A DNA stretch of 64,000 bases from Nocardia sp. (GCF_025465275.1 NZ_JAODNK010000049.1:61642-125641), one strand, 5' to 3'; counted from the stretch's first letter, positions 19,051 through 31,496 are shown. The notes: a model not told the origin generated them from the letters alone. Translations and numbers: made by a program.

Positions 19051-22000
19051 GCATGCCCTCCGTCTGTGTACTGCGAGTCTGCGCGTCCAGAGCGAACGCC
19101 ACTGAGGTGCCTCGTCAAGCTGTTACGGATCTCATCCGGATTGCGGGCGCCGGTCTCGTCCTCCTGCGCCACCGCGCCGGGCACCAACTGAGCTCCCGGC
19201 CGCCGGATCGGCAAACCGCCCTGTGTTGTGGAACTGGAGGTCGGATTGGCGGCTTCCGCGGCGGCGGCCCAGCCGGCATCCGAGGTCGACGACCATTCCG
19301 CACTATCGTCCTGGCCACCACCGGAGGCCGGTTCCACCAGCCACTCCGAGACCATGCGCTGATAGATCGGGCTCCCCGACATGACGGCGTCACCGGCCGG
19401 GCGCTGCGCGGGCTGCGGTTGCTGTTGCGGCTGCTGCTGTTGCGGCTGGGGCGCTTGCCCCCGCTGCGGGAGCGGGGCGGCCACGGGCTCATTGCCGAAA
19501 CCGTGGCTGTTGCCGTTGCCGTTGCCGAAACTGTTCCCGAGGCCGTTCACAGTGGCGCCGTTGCCATTACCTGCCGTGTCGCGGTAGGTATCACCGCTGG
19601 TCAGCCCGTTTGCATTGGCCACGTTGCCATTCGGCTCGGTACCGGCCGGGCTGCCGCTGTCGTTCCCGAACGCGCTGTAACCGTTCGCGAAGTAGCTGCC
19701 CGTGTCCTCGTCGCCGGTGCTGCCGGCGTCGTAACCGTTCCCATTGCCGCCGTTGCCGTTACCGTCGTTGCCCACCGGTGCGGCCGGGCTCACGGGGGCA
19801 GCCGGCTCGGGCTGCTGTATCTCGTGCTGTCCGGTATCGCCCCAGAAGTCGACCGGCGGTTGCGTCTGCGGACCCACGACGCTGTAGGTCGCGGTGGGAT
19901 CGCCGGCGCCCGCGAAGGCATCGACGAAATTGTCCGTATACGGCTTCTCGGCACCGAAACCGGTGATGACGGGCTGCTCGCCGGTATCGCCGGGCGTCTT
20001 GCGCTGCGGCAGTCCGGAGCTGGTGACCCCGAACCGGCCGGTGGTCACGACCTCCGGCGGATTCGGCACCGGCATCAGCCGCGGCGGTGCGATAACAGGC
20101 TGCGGTGCGGACGCCGGAGCTTGCGGCAGCGTCGAGACCGTGGCGCCCGGAGCCACCGCCCCGGGCGCCACGGGCAGTGCCGCGGTGACCGGGAACTGAC
20201 CGGTATTGCCGGTATCGCCGCCACGTTCCGGCGCGGGCGAGACCAGGGTGCCCGGCAGATGCACGCTGGCGGTGATGCCCGGCTGCTGCACCATGGCCGA
20301 GGTGCGGCGCAGGCTCACGGTGATGTTGTGCCGCTTGGCGAGCCGGCCGACGACGAACAGACCCATGCGGCGGGCGGTCTCGACATTGACCTCACCACCG
20401 GAGGCGAGCCGGTCGTTGATGGACTGCAGGTCTTCGGCATTCATGCCGAGGCCCCGGTCGGTGATCTCGATGAGGTAGCCCCCGTCCACGGCGCGCGCCA
20501 CGGACACCGCCACCGGAGTGGACGGCGGGGAGTAGCGCAGTGCGTTGTCGATCAACTCGGCCAGCAGGTGTTCGATATCGACGGCCGGTTCACCGGCGAC
20601 GATGCCGTCGGGCACGGTGCCGATCTCCGCGCGCTGGTAGTCCTCGACCTGCGAGACCGAGGACCACAGCATGTCGGAAAGCGGCACCGGTGTGAGATGT
20701 CCACGGCGCAGCGCGGTTCCGGCCAGCACCAGCAGGTTGTCGCCGTTGCGGCGCATGCGGGTGGCGAGGTGATCGAGGCGGAACAGGCTCTGCAGGCGCT
20801 CGGAGTCGTCCTCGTCGCGCTCCAGCTCCTCGATCAGCGTCAGCTGCTGTTCGACGAGCGATTGGCTACGGCGGGACAGGGTCTCGAACATATTGCCGAT
20901 CTGCAGTCGCAGCCGGGCCTGTTCGGCGGCGAGGTGCAGCGCCTGGGTGTGGATATCGTCGACGGCGCGGGCCAGCTGCCCGATCTCCTCGGTGGTGTGC
21001 ACGTCGACCGGAGTGATCTCGGGGGTGGCGCCGCCATTGCGCACCACTTCGAGTTCCTGCGGCAGGTCGATGTGCGCGACCTGGAGGGCATCCCGGCGCA
21101 GGCGCCGGACCGGCACGACCAGTGAGCGCGCCACCACCAGGGCGAGCGCCAGACCGGCCAGCAGCATGCCGATAACGATGGAGGTATCGCGCAGCACCGT
21201 ATTGCGGGCATCGGTGCTGAGCTGAGCGAGCTTGGCGTCCAGCGCGATTCCGATATCGGCCATAACCGAGTGGTAGCCGTTGAGGCTGGCATTGACCGCG
21301 TCGCTCATGGCCGGGACCGCGGACGGATCAGGCACGCCCTGAGCCAGGATGCCGATACGGACGTTCGCGGCGTCCCGGAGTCCGCCGTCGCCCTGCGCCG
21401 CATCCGGGTACAAGCTGTGATAGACCTCGAGCAGGGTGATCTCGGCGCCGATCGAGGTGAGCAGCCGGACCTTCAGAGCCTGATTGGTCGCGATCCCCGG
21501 GGTGGCCAGCATGGTGCGTTCCTGGGTGAGCAGGCGCCCGGCGGTCATCAGGGTGCCCTGCTGCAGGAACAGCTGCTGCACACGCAGATCCGAGACCGAC
21601 TGCGAGGTCGAGAGCGCGGACTGGATCTTCTGCGAGACCGCCTCCGACTGGTCGGCCACCGCCTGCGCGGAGCCGCTGTGCCGGTTGTTGCGCATGGTCT
21701 TGGCCATGGTCATGGCCTGTTCCAGCTGCTGCACGATGGTGGCGTCCACCTTGGAGGCGCGTAGCAGCATATCGAGGTCCGCGGCGGCCTGATCGAACTT
21801 TCCGGCGGCGGCGTCGATGACAGGATCAGCGTCCGGGTTGCCCCAGCCGTCGATCGTCTGCACGGCGAGTTCCTGTGTTGCGGACTCGAATTTGATTGTT
21901 GGGCCCATTACGGCGGCCTGTTCCGTACCGGCGCTCAGGTTGTTGATCGTTTGCAGCTCGGAGTTGATGCGCAAGACCGCGAAGGTCGAGGCGAGCAACA

Positions 22001-22085
22001 CCGGGAGCACCAGAACGATGCCGACCTTGCGTGTGACGGGCCAGTTGGACAGGCTGAATTGCCAGGACCGGGGTGTCGCTTCCAT
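19047..22085 (-). CDS. Conservon membrane sensor histidine kinase (CvnA) with HAMP domain and long disordered tail
   Basis: Two TM segments, [28 protein letters not shown]-box, [23 protein letters not shown]. Start taken at ATG 22085 (ORF extends to 22172). Confidence 0.9.
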   Translation of the reverse strand: MEATPRSWQFSLSNWPVTRKVGIVLVLPVLLASTFAVLRINSELQTINNLSAGTEQAAVMGPTIKFESATQELAVQTIDGWGNPDADPVIDAAAGKFDQAAADLDMLLRASKVDATIVQQLEQAMTMAKTMRNNRHSGSAQAVADQSEAVSQKIQSALSTSQSVSDLRVQQLFLQQGTLMTAGRLLTQERTMLATPGIATNQALKVRLLTSIGAEITLLEVYHSLYPDAAQGDGGLRDAANVRIGILAQGVPDPSAVPAMSDAVNASLNGYHSVMADIGIALDAKLAQLSTDARNTVLRDTSIVIGMLLAGLALALVVARSLVVPVRRLRRDALQVAHIDLPQELEVVRNGGATPEITPVDVHTTEEIGQLARAVDDIHTQALHLAAEQARLRLQIGNMFETLSRRSQSLVEQQLTLIEELERDEDDSERLQSLFRLDHLATRMRRNGDNLLVLAGTALRRGHLTPVPLSDMLWSSVSQVEDYQRAEIGTVPDGIVAGEPAVDIEHLLAELIDNALRYSPPSTPVAVSVARAVDGGYLIEITDRGLGMNAEDLQSINDRLASGGEVNVETARRMGLFVVGRLAKRHNITVSLRRTSAMVQQPGITASVHLPGTLVSPAPERGGDTGNTGQFPVTAALPVAPGAVAPGATVSTLPQAPASAPQPVIAPPRLMPVPNPPEVVTTGRFGVTSSGLPQRKTPGDTGEQPVITGFGAEKPYTDNFVDAFAGAGDPTATYSVVGPQTQPPVDFWGDTGQHEIQQPEPAAPVSPAAPVGNDGNGNGGNGNGYDAGSTGDEDTGSYFANGYSAFGNDSGSPAGTEPNGNVANANGLTSGDTYRDTAGNGNGATVNGLGNSFGNGNGNSHGFGNEPVAAPLPQRGQAPQPQQQQPQQQPQPAQRPAGDAVMSGSPIYQRMVSEWLVEPASGGGQDDSAEWSSTSDAGWAAAAEAANPTSSSTTQGGLPIRRPGAQLVPGAVAQEDETGARNPDEIRNSLTRHLSGVRSGRADSQYTDGGHA

Positions 22086-22375
22086 CCCGCTGCCGTCGCC
22101 TCCGCTTTTCACGAGTGACCCCCAGGTCGTATGCGGTTGTGCGGCGTAGGGCAGAACCCCGCGCGGAACCAACTAGAGGTCTTCTTTTCCGGCCTGCAAC
22201 ATACCGCGCGGGCTGTGTAACGGCAATTCGAGCAACTCGCTGTACACGACTCCGAATACAGCCGCGCGCAACGTTTTTCGAATACCGAAAGCCGGCCTCG
22301 TACCCCGCGTTCATCGGAGCCCCGTGAAACTCGCTGGTCACCGCCGGATCCTGTCCGGCGTGTCGAAGGGGCCCT

Positions 22376-22392
22376 TCTCAGTCACCTCTCAG
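22376..22392 (+). promoter_or_regulatory. MprA box upstream of mprA
   Basis: TCTCAG-tcacc-TCTCAG tandem hexamers, 11-bp period. Confidence 0.8.
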
Positions 22393-22415
22393 TCGCTGTG
22401 GGCAGACTGGAGGCC

Positions 22416-23102
22416 ATGCGGATTTTGGTAGTCGACGACGACCGCGCGGTCCGGGAGTCGCTGCGTCGCTCGCTGACCTTCAACGGCTACACCGTCGAGC
22501 TCGCGGTCGACGGTGTGGACGCACTCGAGAAGACCACCAGCTCGCGACCCGATGCTCTGGTACTCGACGTGATGATGCCCCGCATGGACGGGCTCGAGGT
22601 GTGCCGCCGGCTCCGCAGCACCGGCGATGATCTGCCGATTCTGGTACTCACGGCACGGGATTCGGTCTCCGAGCGGGTAGCCGGACTCGATGCCGGCGCC
22701 GACGACTATCTGCCCAAGCCGTTCGCCCTGGAAGAGCTGCTGGCCCGGCTGCGGGCGCTGCTGCGCCGCACCACCGTCGACCAGATGGAGGGGTCGGAGG
22801 CCATGCAGTTCGCCGACCTGTCGCTGGATCCGGTCACCCGCGAGGTGCTGCGCGGCGAACGGTCGATCAGCCTGACCCGCACCGAATTCTCGCTGCTGGA
22901 AATGCTGATGGCCAATCCGCGCCGGGTGCTCACCCGCAGCCGCATTCTCGAAGAGGTCTGGGGCTACGACTTTCCGACCTCCGGCAATGCGCTGGAGGTG
23001 TACATCGGGTATCTGCGCCGCAAAACCGAAGCCGAGGGTGAGCCGCGACTCATTCACACCGTGCGCGGCGTCGGGTACGTGCTGCGCGAGACCCCGCCGT
23101 AG
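22416..23102 (+). CDS. mprA: OmpR-family response regulator MprA
   Basis: [50 protein letters not shown]. Confidence 0.95.
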   Translation: MRILVVDDDRAVRESLRRSLTFNGYTVELAVDGVDALEKTTSSRPDALVLDVMMPRMDGLEVCRRLRSTGDDLPILVLTARDSVSERVAGLDAGADDYLPKPFALEELLARLRALLRRTTVDQMEGSEAMQFADLSLDPVTREVLRGERSISLTRTEFSLLEMLMANPRRVLTRSRILEEVWGYDFPTSGNALEVYIGYLRRKTEAEGEPRLIHTVRGVGYVLRETPP

Positions 23103-23113
23103 GGGCCGGGTTA

Positions 23114-24568
23114 GTGGGCAGAAGTATTCCGCGGCGGCCGCTGGTCGCCGGACTCGGCAATTCGCCGGAACCCGATATGCGCCCGCCGATGCCGTTGACA
23201 CGTTCGGTATCGCTGCGCTGGCGGGTGACGCTGCTGGCCGCCTCCGTGGTGGCCGTCGCCGTCGCCTTCACCTCCATTGCCGCCTATGCGATGGTGGCGC
23301 GCTCGCTGTACGCGGATGTGGATTCGCAACTGCGCGCACGGGCTTCGCTGATGATCGACAACAACTTCGATTCGCTCGGCTTCCAGTCGATCGTGCTGGC
23401 CGGGCTGTACTCGAATGATGTCGGTGTGGCGCTGATCTTCCCGGACCTGTCCCCGTATGTGCCGCCGCAGACCACGAATCCGCCGGTGGGCAAACAGGAA
23501 TTGGCAGTGGCACGCGGGGAGATCGGCTTCTCGCTGCGCACCGTCGACAATCAGCGAGTACTGGCGCGGCGCACGCATTCCGGTTCCACCCTGGTGGTTT
23601 CGCAGCGACTGCAGCCCACTCGGGAGGTGCTGGATCGGCTGGCGTGGTTGCTGTTCGTGGTCGGCGGTTGCGGGGTCATGCTCGCCGCGGCCGCGGGAAC
23701 AGCGGTGGGCCGCACGGGTTTGCGGCCTATCGCCCGGCTGACCGCAGCCACCGAACGAGTGGCCCGCACCGATGACCTGACTCCTATTCCGGTGACCGGT
23801 GATGATGAACTCGCCAGGCTCACTGAGAGTTTCAACACGATGTTGCGCGCGCTGACCGAATCTCGTGAGCGGCAGCGGCGTTTGGTGGCCGATGCCGGTC
23901 ATGAGCTGAAGACGCCATTGACGTCTTTGCGCACGAATATGGAGTTGTTGATCGCTTCGTCGCGTCCGGGTGCGCCGAGTATTCCGGATGAGGACATGGT
24001 CGAGTTGCGTTCGGATGTGATGGCGCAGATCGAGGAGTTGTCCACGCTGGTGGGCGATCTGGTGGACCTGGCGCGCGAGGACGCCCCCGATCTCGTCTAC
24101 GAGCAGGTCGATATCGGCGAAGTGGCCGAGCGCTCACTGGAACGGGCGCGGCGCCGGCGCAGCGGCGTCGAATTCGATGCCCAGCTGCTGCCCTGGTTCG
24201 TCTTCGGCCACGAGGCCGGGCTCGAGCGTGCCATCCTCAATGTGCTCGACAATGCCGCCAAATGGAGTCCGGCGGGCGGCACGGTGCGAGTCACCATGCG
24301 CGAGGCCGGGCGCGGACTGCTGGAGCTGGCCGTCGACGATGCCGGACCCGGCATTCCGCCGGCCGAGCGCGAGCTGGTGTTCGAACGCTTCTATCGGACC
24401 ATGACCTCGCGCTCCATGCCCGGCTCCGGCCTGGGCCTGGCCATCGTGAAGCAGGTGGTGACCAAGCACGGCGGCACCATCAGCATCGATACTTCCGACC
24501 GCGGGGGCGCTTTGATCCGTATCGTGCTGCCTGGAGAAGGCACACCCTTCGCGGTCCCCGAGACCTGA
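23114..24568 (+). CDS. mprB: Sensor histidine kinase MprB
   Basis: SLRWRV TM1, HAMP, DAGHELKTPLTSL, NVLDNAAKWSP, GSGLGLAIV. Confidence 0.94.
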   Translation: MGRSIPRRPLVAGLGNSPEPDMRPPMPLTRSVSLRWRVTLLAASVVAVAVAFTSIAAYAMVARSLYADVDSQLRARASLMIDNNFDSLGFQSIVLAGLYSNDVGVALIFPDLSPYVPPQTTNPPVGKQELAVARGEIGFSLRTVDNQRVLARRTHSGSTLVVSQRLQPTREVLDRLAWLLFVVGGCGVMLAAAAGTAVGRTGLRPIARLTAATERVARTDDLTPIPVTGDDELARLTESFNTMLRALTESRERQRRLVADAGHELKTPLTSLRTNMELLIASSRPGAPSIPDEDMVELRSDVMAQIEELSTLVGDLVDLAREDAPDLVYEQVDIGEVAERSLERARRRRSGVEFDAQLLPWFVFGHEAGLERAILNVLDNAAKWSPAGGTVRVTMREAGRGLLELAVDDAGPGIPPAERELVFERFYRTMTSRSMPGSGLGLAIVKQVVTKHGGTISIDTSDRGGALIRIVLPGEGTPFAVPET

Positions 24569-24601
24569 TTTCCGGAAAGCCTCCGGAAAAAACCAGCACG
24601 G

Positions 24602-24618
24602 TCTCAGTCCGCTCTCAG
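24602..24618 (+). promoter_or_regulatory. MprA box upstream of pepD/htrA
   Basis: TCTCAG-tccgc-TCTCAG. Confidence 0.8.
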
Positions 24619-24665
24619 TCGTCACCGCCACTCTTGGCTACGAGACTCGAGGAGAAACGAGAAAC

Positions 24666-26431
<1,766 letters not shown>

Positions 26432-26432
<1 letters not shown>

Positions 26433-27067
26433 TGCAGCACGAGACCGGACAGACCCCGATGCCGGCGATTCGGGTCACCGCGGAAGGCGGCTGGGAGCTG
26501 TTGTCCGACAAGGGTGCTCTCTTGTCGGGCACGGGCGACGTGTTGTCGGGCGGGGACGCTACGGTGAGCACCATGGAAATCGATGCCGCTGTGGCGGGCC
26601 GTGCTCTTGTCGTGGTCGTCGACGACCGAACCGCCCACGGTGGCGAGGACTCTTTCGGTCCGCTGGTCACCGAACTACTCACCGAGGCGGGGTTCCTGGT
26701 CGATGCTTCGGTCTCCGTTCAGGCCGATGAGGTGGAGATTCGCAATGCGCTCAACACCGCGGTCATCGGTGGTGTCGATCTGGTGATCTCGGTCGGCGGC
26801 ACGGGTATGTCGCCGCGCGATGTCACGCCCGAGGCCACCGAGGAGGTGCTGGACCGGTTGCTCCCGGGTATCAGCGAGGCGCTGCGCGCGTCCGGGCTGT
26901 CGTCGGGTTCGCTGGAGGCCGGCCTGTCGCGCGGTCTGGCCGGCGTCTCGGGCAGCACGCTGGTGGTGAACCTGCCGGGTTCGCGGGCCGCGATCCGCGA
27001 CGGTATGGCGACCCTGGGCCCGCTGGCCAGCAAGGTCATCGACGAGCTCTCCGGTCTGGCGGAATGA
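26432..27067 (+). CDS. moaB: MogA/MoaB molybdenum cofactor biosynthesis protein
   Basis: VDDRTAHG, GGTGMSPRDVTPEAT, SRGLAG, VNLPGS. True start may be 26573. Confidence 0.92.
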
Positions 27068-27279
27068 CCTCCGAGTCCGACCGTTCTTCCGACGAACCCC
27101 GCCCGGCAGCGCGCCGAGCGGGGTCTCGTCGTTTATCGGCGGCCGATGCCGCCAAGCTGGCGGCCGTCTTCGGTGATGCGCTGCCCACTACCACCGGTGA
27201 CGAGCGCACGCCCGAACCGGATTCGGGTCAGTCGGGGGATGACTGGCTGCGTTCCCAGGTGCCCCCGCATCACGGCTGA
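27064..27279 (+). CDS. Small hypothetical protein (..WLRSQVPPHHG)
   Basis: ATGA overlap with moaB; FGDALP.TT.DER and VPPHHG C-terminus, a pattern I recall from actinobacterial genes at this position. Confidence 0.75.
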   Translation: MTSESDRSSDEPRPAARRAGSRRLSAADAAKLAAVFGDALPTTTGDERTPEPDSGQSGDDWLRSQVPPHHG

Positions 27280-27322
27280 GTTCGCTCAGCGCTGAGTTTG
27301 CTCACGGCTGAGTGCGCTCATA
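27275..27322. repeat. Three tandem 16-bp palindromic units
   Basis: gctgagttcgctcagc / gctgagtttgctcacg / gctgagtgcgctcata. Confidence 0.75.
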
Positions 27323-27592
27323 ATCGCATTCGAAACTCTTTCCCGGCGGCCTCGCGCCGTTCGGCGGCATAAATCACATTTGCGACAAATCATCGCCGTA
27401 TTCGCATGCCGCATCGGTGTTGCCAAATAGTAACCATTGTGGTTATTGTCTCCCGCAGGTCGATAAAACCACTAGTCCAAGACGTTTGAGCAGGCTGCTT
27501 GAGTTTTGCTCGCTCGGGAGATTGGGCGTTGTGGCGACCTCGTCGGCTTCGGTGGTCGGAGCTGACTGCGAGACAACCTGATGAGGGAAAGA

Positions 27593-28270
27593 ATGAGCGA
27601 GAACCGCACCAGCGGTGTCCGTCGCGCCGTCCGCATCGCGGGCTTCGGCGCAGCCACCGCCGTAGCGCTCGGTCTGCTGTCGACCGGCGCCGCCAATGCC
27701 GACACCTTCGTACCGTTGCCGGACGGCACGAAGACGAGTCCGGCGGGCGTGACCATCACCCGGATCGGCGAGCACGCCGTCGTCTCGCCCTCGATGGCGG
27801 GCAATGGCGCCGGTCGTACCGCGTGGCTGTCGGGCAAGACCTTCGCCGACGTCACCGCGACCCCGGACGGCACCGTCGGCCCGAACAACGGCCCGGCCAA
27901 TGGTCAGGGCAGCAACAACTCCTCCACCCACGGCGCCTCGCAGCTGAACACCGGCTATATCGTCGGCTGCCAGGTGAGTCTCGCCGACAATGCCGTTTCG
28001 GCCGGCGTCTCCGGTGGCGTGAATCTGTCCGGTGGCAGTCTGGGCGGTTCCGTCGGCCTGAATCTCGGCCCGGGCGAGGTCAAGATGGTTCAGATCAATG
28101 CCAAGGACATCCTGAAGCCGGGCACATACTCGGTCGAGTACCAGGACGTGCCGATCGAGATCCAGGGTTGCGCCGGTTATGCCCAGGCGCGCGCCTACTC
28201 CGTTGTCGAGATCATCGGCGACAACTACTCGAAGACCACCCTCTACGGGCAGCCGTTCAGCCTCGGCTGA
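27593..28270 (+). CDS. MspA-family porin subunit, type A (copy 1)
   Basis: Signal peptide ending ANA-D, GYIVGCQV, IQGCAGYAQARAY, LYGQPFSLG. Confidence 0.92.
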   Translation: MSENRTSGVRRAVRIAGFGAATAVALGLLSTGAANADTFVPLPDGTKTSPAGVTITRIGEHAVVSPSMAGNGAGRTAWLSGKTFADVTATPDGTVGPNNGPANGQGSNNSSTHGASQLNTGYIVGCQVSLADNAVSAGVSGGVNLSGGSLGGSVGLNLGPGEVKMVQINAKDILKPGTYSVEYQDVPIEIQGCAGYAQARAYSVVEIIGDNYSKTTLYGQPFSLG

Positions 28271-28349
28271 CGCTGCATGTCGCGGCACCGCGCCGTGAAC
28301 GCCAATTCATTCCTCGCATAAGCGAATTCGACCCTAGAGGGAAAGAACG

Positions 28350-29036
28350 ATGAACCTTCGAAAGACCATGGCCCGGGCCGCCGGTATCGGCGTCGCCGCT
28401 ACCGCTGCCCTGGGTTTGCTGTCCACCGGCGCGGCCAATGCCGACACCTTCGTCCCGCTCGCGGGCGGCACTCTCACCCAGACCCTGTCCGACGGCACCG
28501 TGGTGACGGTCGACCTCGTCGGCGAATCCGCGAACATCAACCCGTCGATGGGTTCCACCCCGCTGCACCGCAATGCGTGGGTCACCGGTAGCGCGCAGGT
28601 CCGGCTGTCCGGCACCAACGGCGCCGTCGGCGGCAAGATCGTCCCCGGTTACGTGGTCGGTTGCCAGGTCAACATCGCAGGTGGCGGCGCCAATGGCGGC
28701 GCGACCGGCGGCGCCGACTTCGGCGCGAACGGACCGTCGGTGAACGGCGGCAACACCGGCGGCACCGCCGGTGGCAACCTGACGCTCGGCCCCGGTCAGT
28801 CGAAGGTGTACTACCTGCTCGATGAGGAAGCCCCCGACGACTACGGCAACGAAGATCACTACACCCGCAACAATTTCAAGGGTTCGAACGGCTCGGTGAC
28901 CTGGTCCGACGAGACCATCAACCTCAACGGTTGCGGCGGATACGCTCAGGCCCGCGCCTTCGTCGCGGTGCAGATCGAGACCCCGAACGTCATTACCGCT
29001 GTCACCCTGTGGGGGCAGCCCTTCAGCCTCGGCTGA
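28350..29036 (+). CDS. MspA-family porin subunit, type B (copy 1)
   Basis: ANA-D signal, ANINPSMGSTPLHRNAWV, GYVVGCQV, NGCGGYAQAR, LWGQPFSLG. Confidence 0.92.
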   Translation: MNLRKTMARAAGIGVAATAALGLLSTGAANADTFVPLAGGTLTQTLSDGTVVTVDLVGESANINPSMGSTPLHRNAWVTGSAQVRLSGTNGAVGGKIVPGYVVGCQVNIAGGGANGGATGGADFGANGPSVNGGNTGGTAGGNLTLGPGQSKVYYLLDEEAPDDYGNEDHYTRNNFKGSNGSVTWSDETINLNGCGGYAQARAFVAVQIETPNVITAVTLWGQPFSLG

Positions 29037-29061
29037 TTCGTTCGTTTCAGCAGAACCCCCA

Positions 29062-29094
29062 GGGGCCCGGCGCGATTAGCGCCGGGCCCTTTTT
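29062..29094 (+). terminator. Intrinsic terminator after porin pair 1
   Basis: gggcccggcgc-gatta-gcgccgggccc followed by ttttt. Confidence 0.85.
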
Positions 29095-29353
29095 GCTATC
29101 CATAGCATTCTCGGCATAGCGCCTCGATCTTGTGTTGTTGCACTGGATCCTCTTCTCTCACACCTCATAGCTCACAGCGGTGATGTAAAGTGCCCAGCGT
29201 CGCAGCATGAAAGAAATTGTTAGCAGTAACACAGCGGCAACAATGTGGCGACAAACTTACCGGGGTCCGCAAGGACCCACATGCTGGGTTCGAAAGAACC
29301 CTTTTCAGCCTCGGTGGTCGAGGCTGATCGCTAGAAACCTGATGAGGGGAAGT

Positions 29354-30034
29354 ATGAGCGAGAACCGCACCCACGGTCTGCGTCGTGGTGCCCGCATTGC
29401 GGGTATCGGCGCGGCCGCGGCCGTGGCCATCGGCCTTTTTTCGACTGGGGCAGCTAATGCCGATACCTTCGCACCGTTGCCGGACGGTCAGAAGGTGTCC
29501 CCGAGTGGGACAGTTACCATCACCCGTACGGGTGAGCACGCCGTCATTTCGCCGTCGCTGGCGGCCAACGGCGCTGGTCGCGTTGTATGGGTCTCGGGCA
29601 ACGCTGTTGCCGATGTGACCGATACCCCCGCCGGCACCGTCGGTCCGAACAACGGCCCGACGAACAACCCGGGGTCCAACAACTCCTCCACCCACGGCGC
29701 CTCACAGCTGAGCACCGGCTACATCGTCGGCTGCCAGGTGAGCATCGGCGAGGACGCCATCTCCGCCGGAATCTCCGGTGGCATCAGCCTCAACAGCGCG
29801 AACCTGGGTGGTTCCCTCGGTGTCAACCTCGGCCCTGGCCAGGTGGCGTTCGTTCAAATCGATTACAAGGACATCCTGAAGCCGGGTACCTACTCGGTCG
29901 AGTACCAGGATGCCGAAATCCAGGTTCAGGGTTGCGCGGGTTACGCCCAGGCGCGGTCGTACACAACCGTCGAGGTCATCGGCGATAACTACTCGAAGAC
30001 CACCCTGTACGGCCAGCCGTTCAGCATCGGCTGA
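29354..30034 (+). CDS. MspA-family porin subunit, type A (copy 2)
   Basis: Paralog of 27593-28270 (MSENRT start, SNNSSTHGASQL, DILKPGTYSVEYQD). Confidence 0.92.
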   Translation: MSENRTHGLRRGARIAGIGAAAAVAIGLFSTGAANADTFAPLPDGQKVSPSGTVTITRTGEHAVISPSLAANGAGRVVWVSGNAVADVTDTPAGTVGPNNGPTNNPGSNNSSTHGASQLSTGYIVGCQVSIGEDAISAGISGGISLNSANLGGSLGVNLGPGQVAFVQIDYKDILKPGTYSVEYQDAEIQVQGCAGYAQARSYTTVEVIGDNYSKTTLYGQPFSIG

Positions 30035-30098
30035 TTGTGGTAACCCCCGCCAAAATCACTTCTCGCGCAAGCGAACTCAACCCTGAGGGACAACTGTT

Positions 30099-30779
30099 AT
30101 GAACATCCGTAAGTCTGTGGCACGGGTGGTCGGTGTCGGTGCCGTCGCAACCGCCGCCTTCGGCCTGCTCTCCACCGGCGCCGCAAACGCCGATACCGTC
30201 GTGGAACTGCCGGGCGGAGAACTCACCAAGACGCTCTCCGACGGCACCGTAGTGAATGTCAAGCTGGTCGGCGAGTCCGCCAACATCAACCCGTCCTTGG
30301 GTGACACTCCGCTGCACCGCAATGCCTGGGTCTCCGCCTCGGCGCAGGTCCAGATCTCCGGCAACAACAGTGACGTGGGCGGCAGCATCTACCCCGGCTA
30401 CGTTGTCGGTTGCCAGGTCACCATCGATGGCGGCAACACCAACGGCGGCGTCAGCGGTGGCGCTTCGTGGGACAGCTCGGGCAACGTCACCCCGAGCGCC
30501 GGCGCCACGGGCGGCGGCAACCTGACCCTCGGCCCCGGCCAGGCCAAGTCGTTCTACGTCCTCGACCGGGAAATGCCCGATGACTTCGGCAACCCGACTC
30601 ACAAGACCAAGAACACCTTCAAGAATGGGGCCGGCTCGGTCACCTGGGCTGACGAGACCATCGGCCTGAACGGTTGCGCCGGCTACGCCCAGGCGCGTGC
30701 CTTCGTCAACGTCGAGATCGAGACCGACAATGTGATCACCTGGACCACGCTGTGGGGCGCACCGTTCAGCCTCGGCTGA
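30099..30779 (+). CDS. MspA-family porin subunit, type B (copy 2)
   Basis: Paralog of 28350-29036 (TLSDGTVV, ANINPSLGDTPLHRNAWV, LWGAPFSLG). Confidence 0.92.
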   Translation: MNIRKSVARVVGVGAVATAAFGLLSTGAANADTVVELPGGELTKTLSDGTVVNVKLVGESANINPSLGDTPLHRNAWVSASAQVQISGNNSDVGGSIYPGYVVGCQVTIDGGNTNGGVSGGASWDSSGNVTPSAGATGGGNLTLGPGQAKSFYVLDREMPDDFGNPTHKTKNTFKNGAGSVTWADETIGLNGCAGYAQARAFVNVEIETDNVITWTTLWGAPFSLG

Positions 30780-30822
30780 TCGGACTCAGCCTCGGCTGAT
30801 CGGACTCAGCTTCGGCTGATCG
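30766..30822. repeat. 20-bp tandem repeat x2.85 including the porin stop codon
   Basis: tcagcctcggctgatcggac x2 + tcagcttcggctgatcg. Confidence 0.9.
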
Positions 30823-30853
30823 TGCTCGACTGATTGCAAGACCGTAAGACGAA

Positions 30854-30882
30854 CGGGCCCGGCGCATTTCGCGCCGGGCCCG
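30854..30882. terminator. Terminator after porin pair 2 / mscL
   Basis: cgggcccggcgc-atttc-gcgccgggcccg, same stem as 29063-29089. Confidence 0.8.
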
Positions 30883-30920
30883 CTTTCGTTTCAGTACACT
30901 TCCAATATCTCTGTGCAACT

Positions 30921-31328
30921 TCAGTTTTCGTGCTTGCCGCCGCCGGTGCCTTTACCACCCTCGGCGAGCAGGTCCCGAATCTGTACCAGCAGTTCGTTAT
31001 CCGACAGCGGTGTCTCTTTGGCACCCCAGCGCGACTTGGCCCGGTTGGCCGGGATCACCAGGATGAAGTACAGCAGCGCCGCGATAATGACGAAATTGAT
31101 CGCCGCCGTGATGATCGGCCCGATGGCGATGAAGGTCGCCGGTTTATCGGCGATCAGCTGGAAGCCGAGGCCGAGGTTGCCGGTGTTGCCGAACACCGCG
31201 AGCAATGGAGTGATGATGCCATCGCTGAAGGCGGTGACGATGGCGACGAATGCGGTACCCATGACAACGGCGACCGCCAGGTCGACAACATTGCCGCGAA
31301 GTAGAAAGTCCTTGAAACCCTTGAGCAT
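30921..31328 (-). CDS. mscL: Large-conductance mechanosensitive channel
   Basis: MLKGFKDFLLRGNVVDLAVAVVMG...INFVIIA...LLVQIRDLL. Confidence 0.97.
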   Translation of the reverse strand: MLKGFKDFLLRGNVVDLAVAVVMGTAFVAIVTAFSDGIITPLLAVFGNTGNLGLGFQLIADKPATFIAIGPIITAAINFVIIAALLYFILVIPANRAKSRWGAKETPLSDNELLVQIRDLLAEGGKGTGGGKHEN

Positions 31329-31496
31329 TGCCGAAAACTCCTCTACGTGATTGGCCCACGCGAGCGCGGGCCGGATAGCGAGTCGGGCGGAGTTCATGCT
31401 GCGGTTCTTCATGAACGCGTGGTTATCCGGCGATGGTAGTTCATCGTTCCGCGAGGTCGTGGAACATCCGTATCGGTGTGGCACGAGGGGCGCCGG

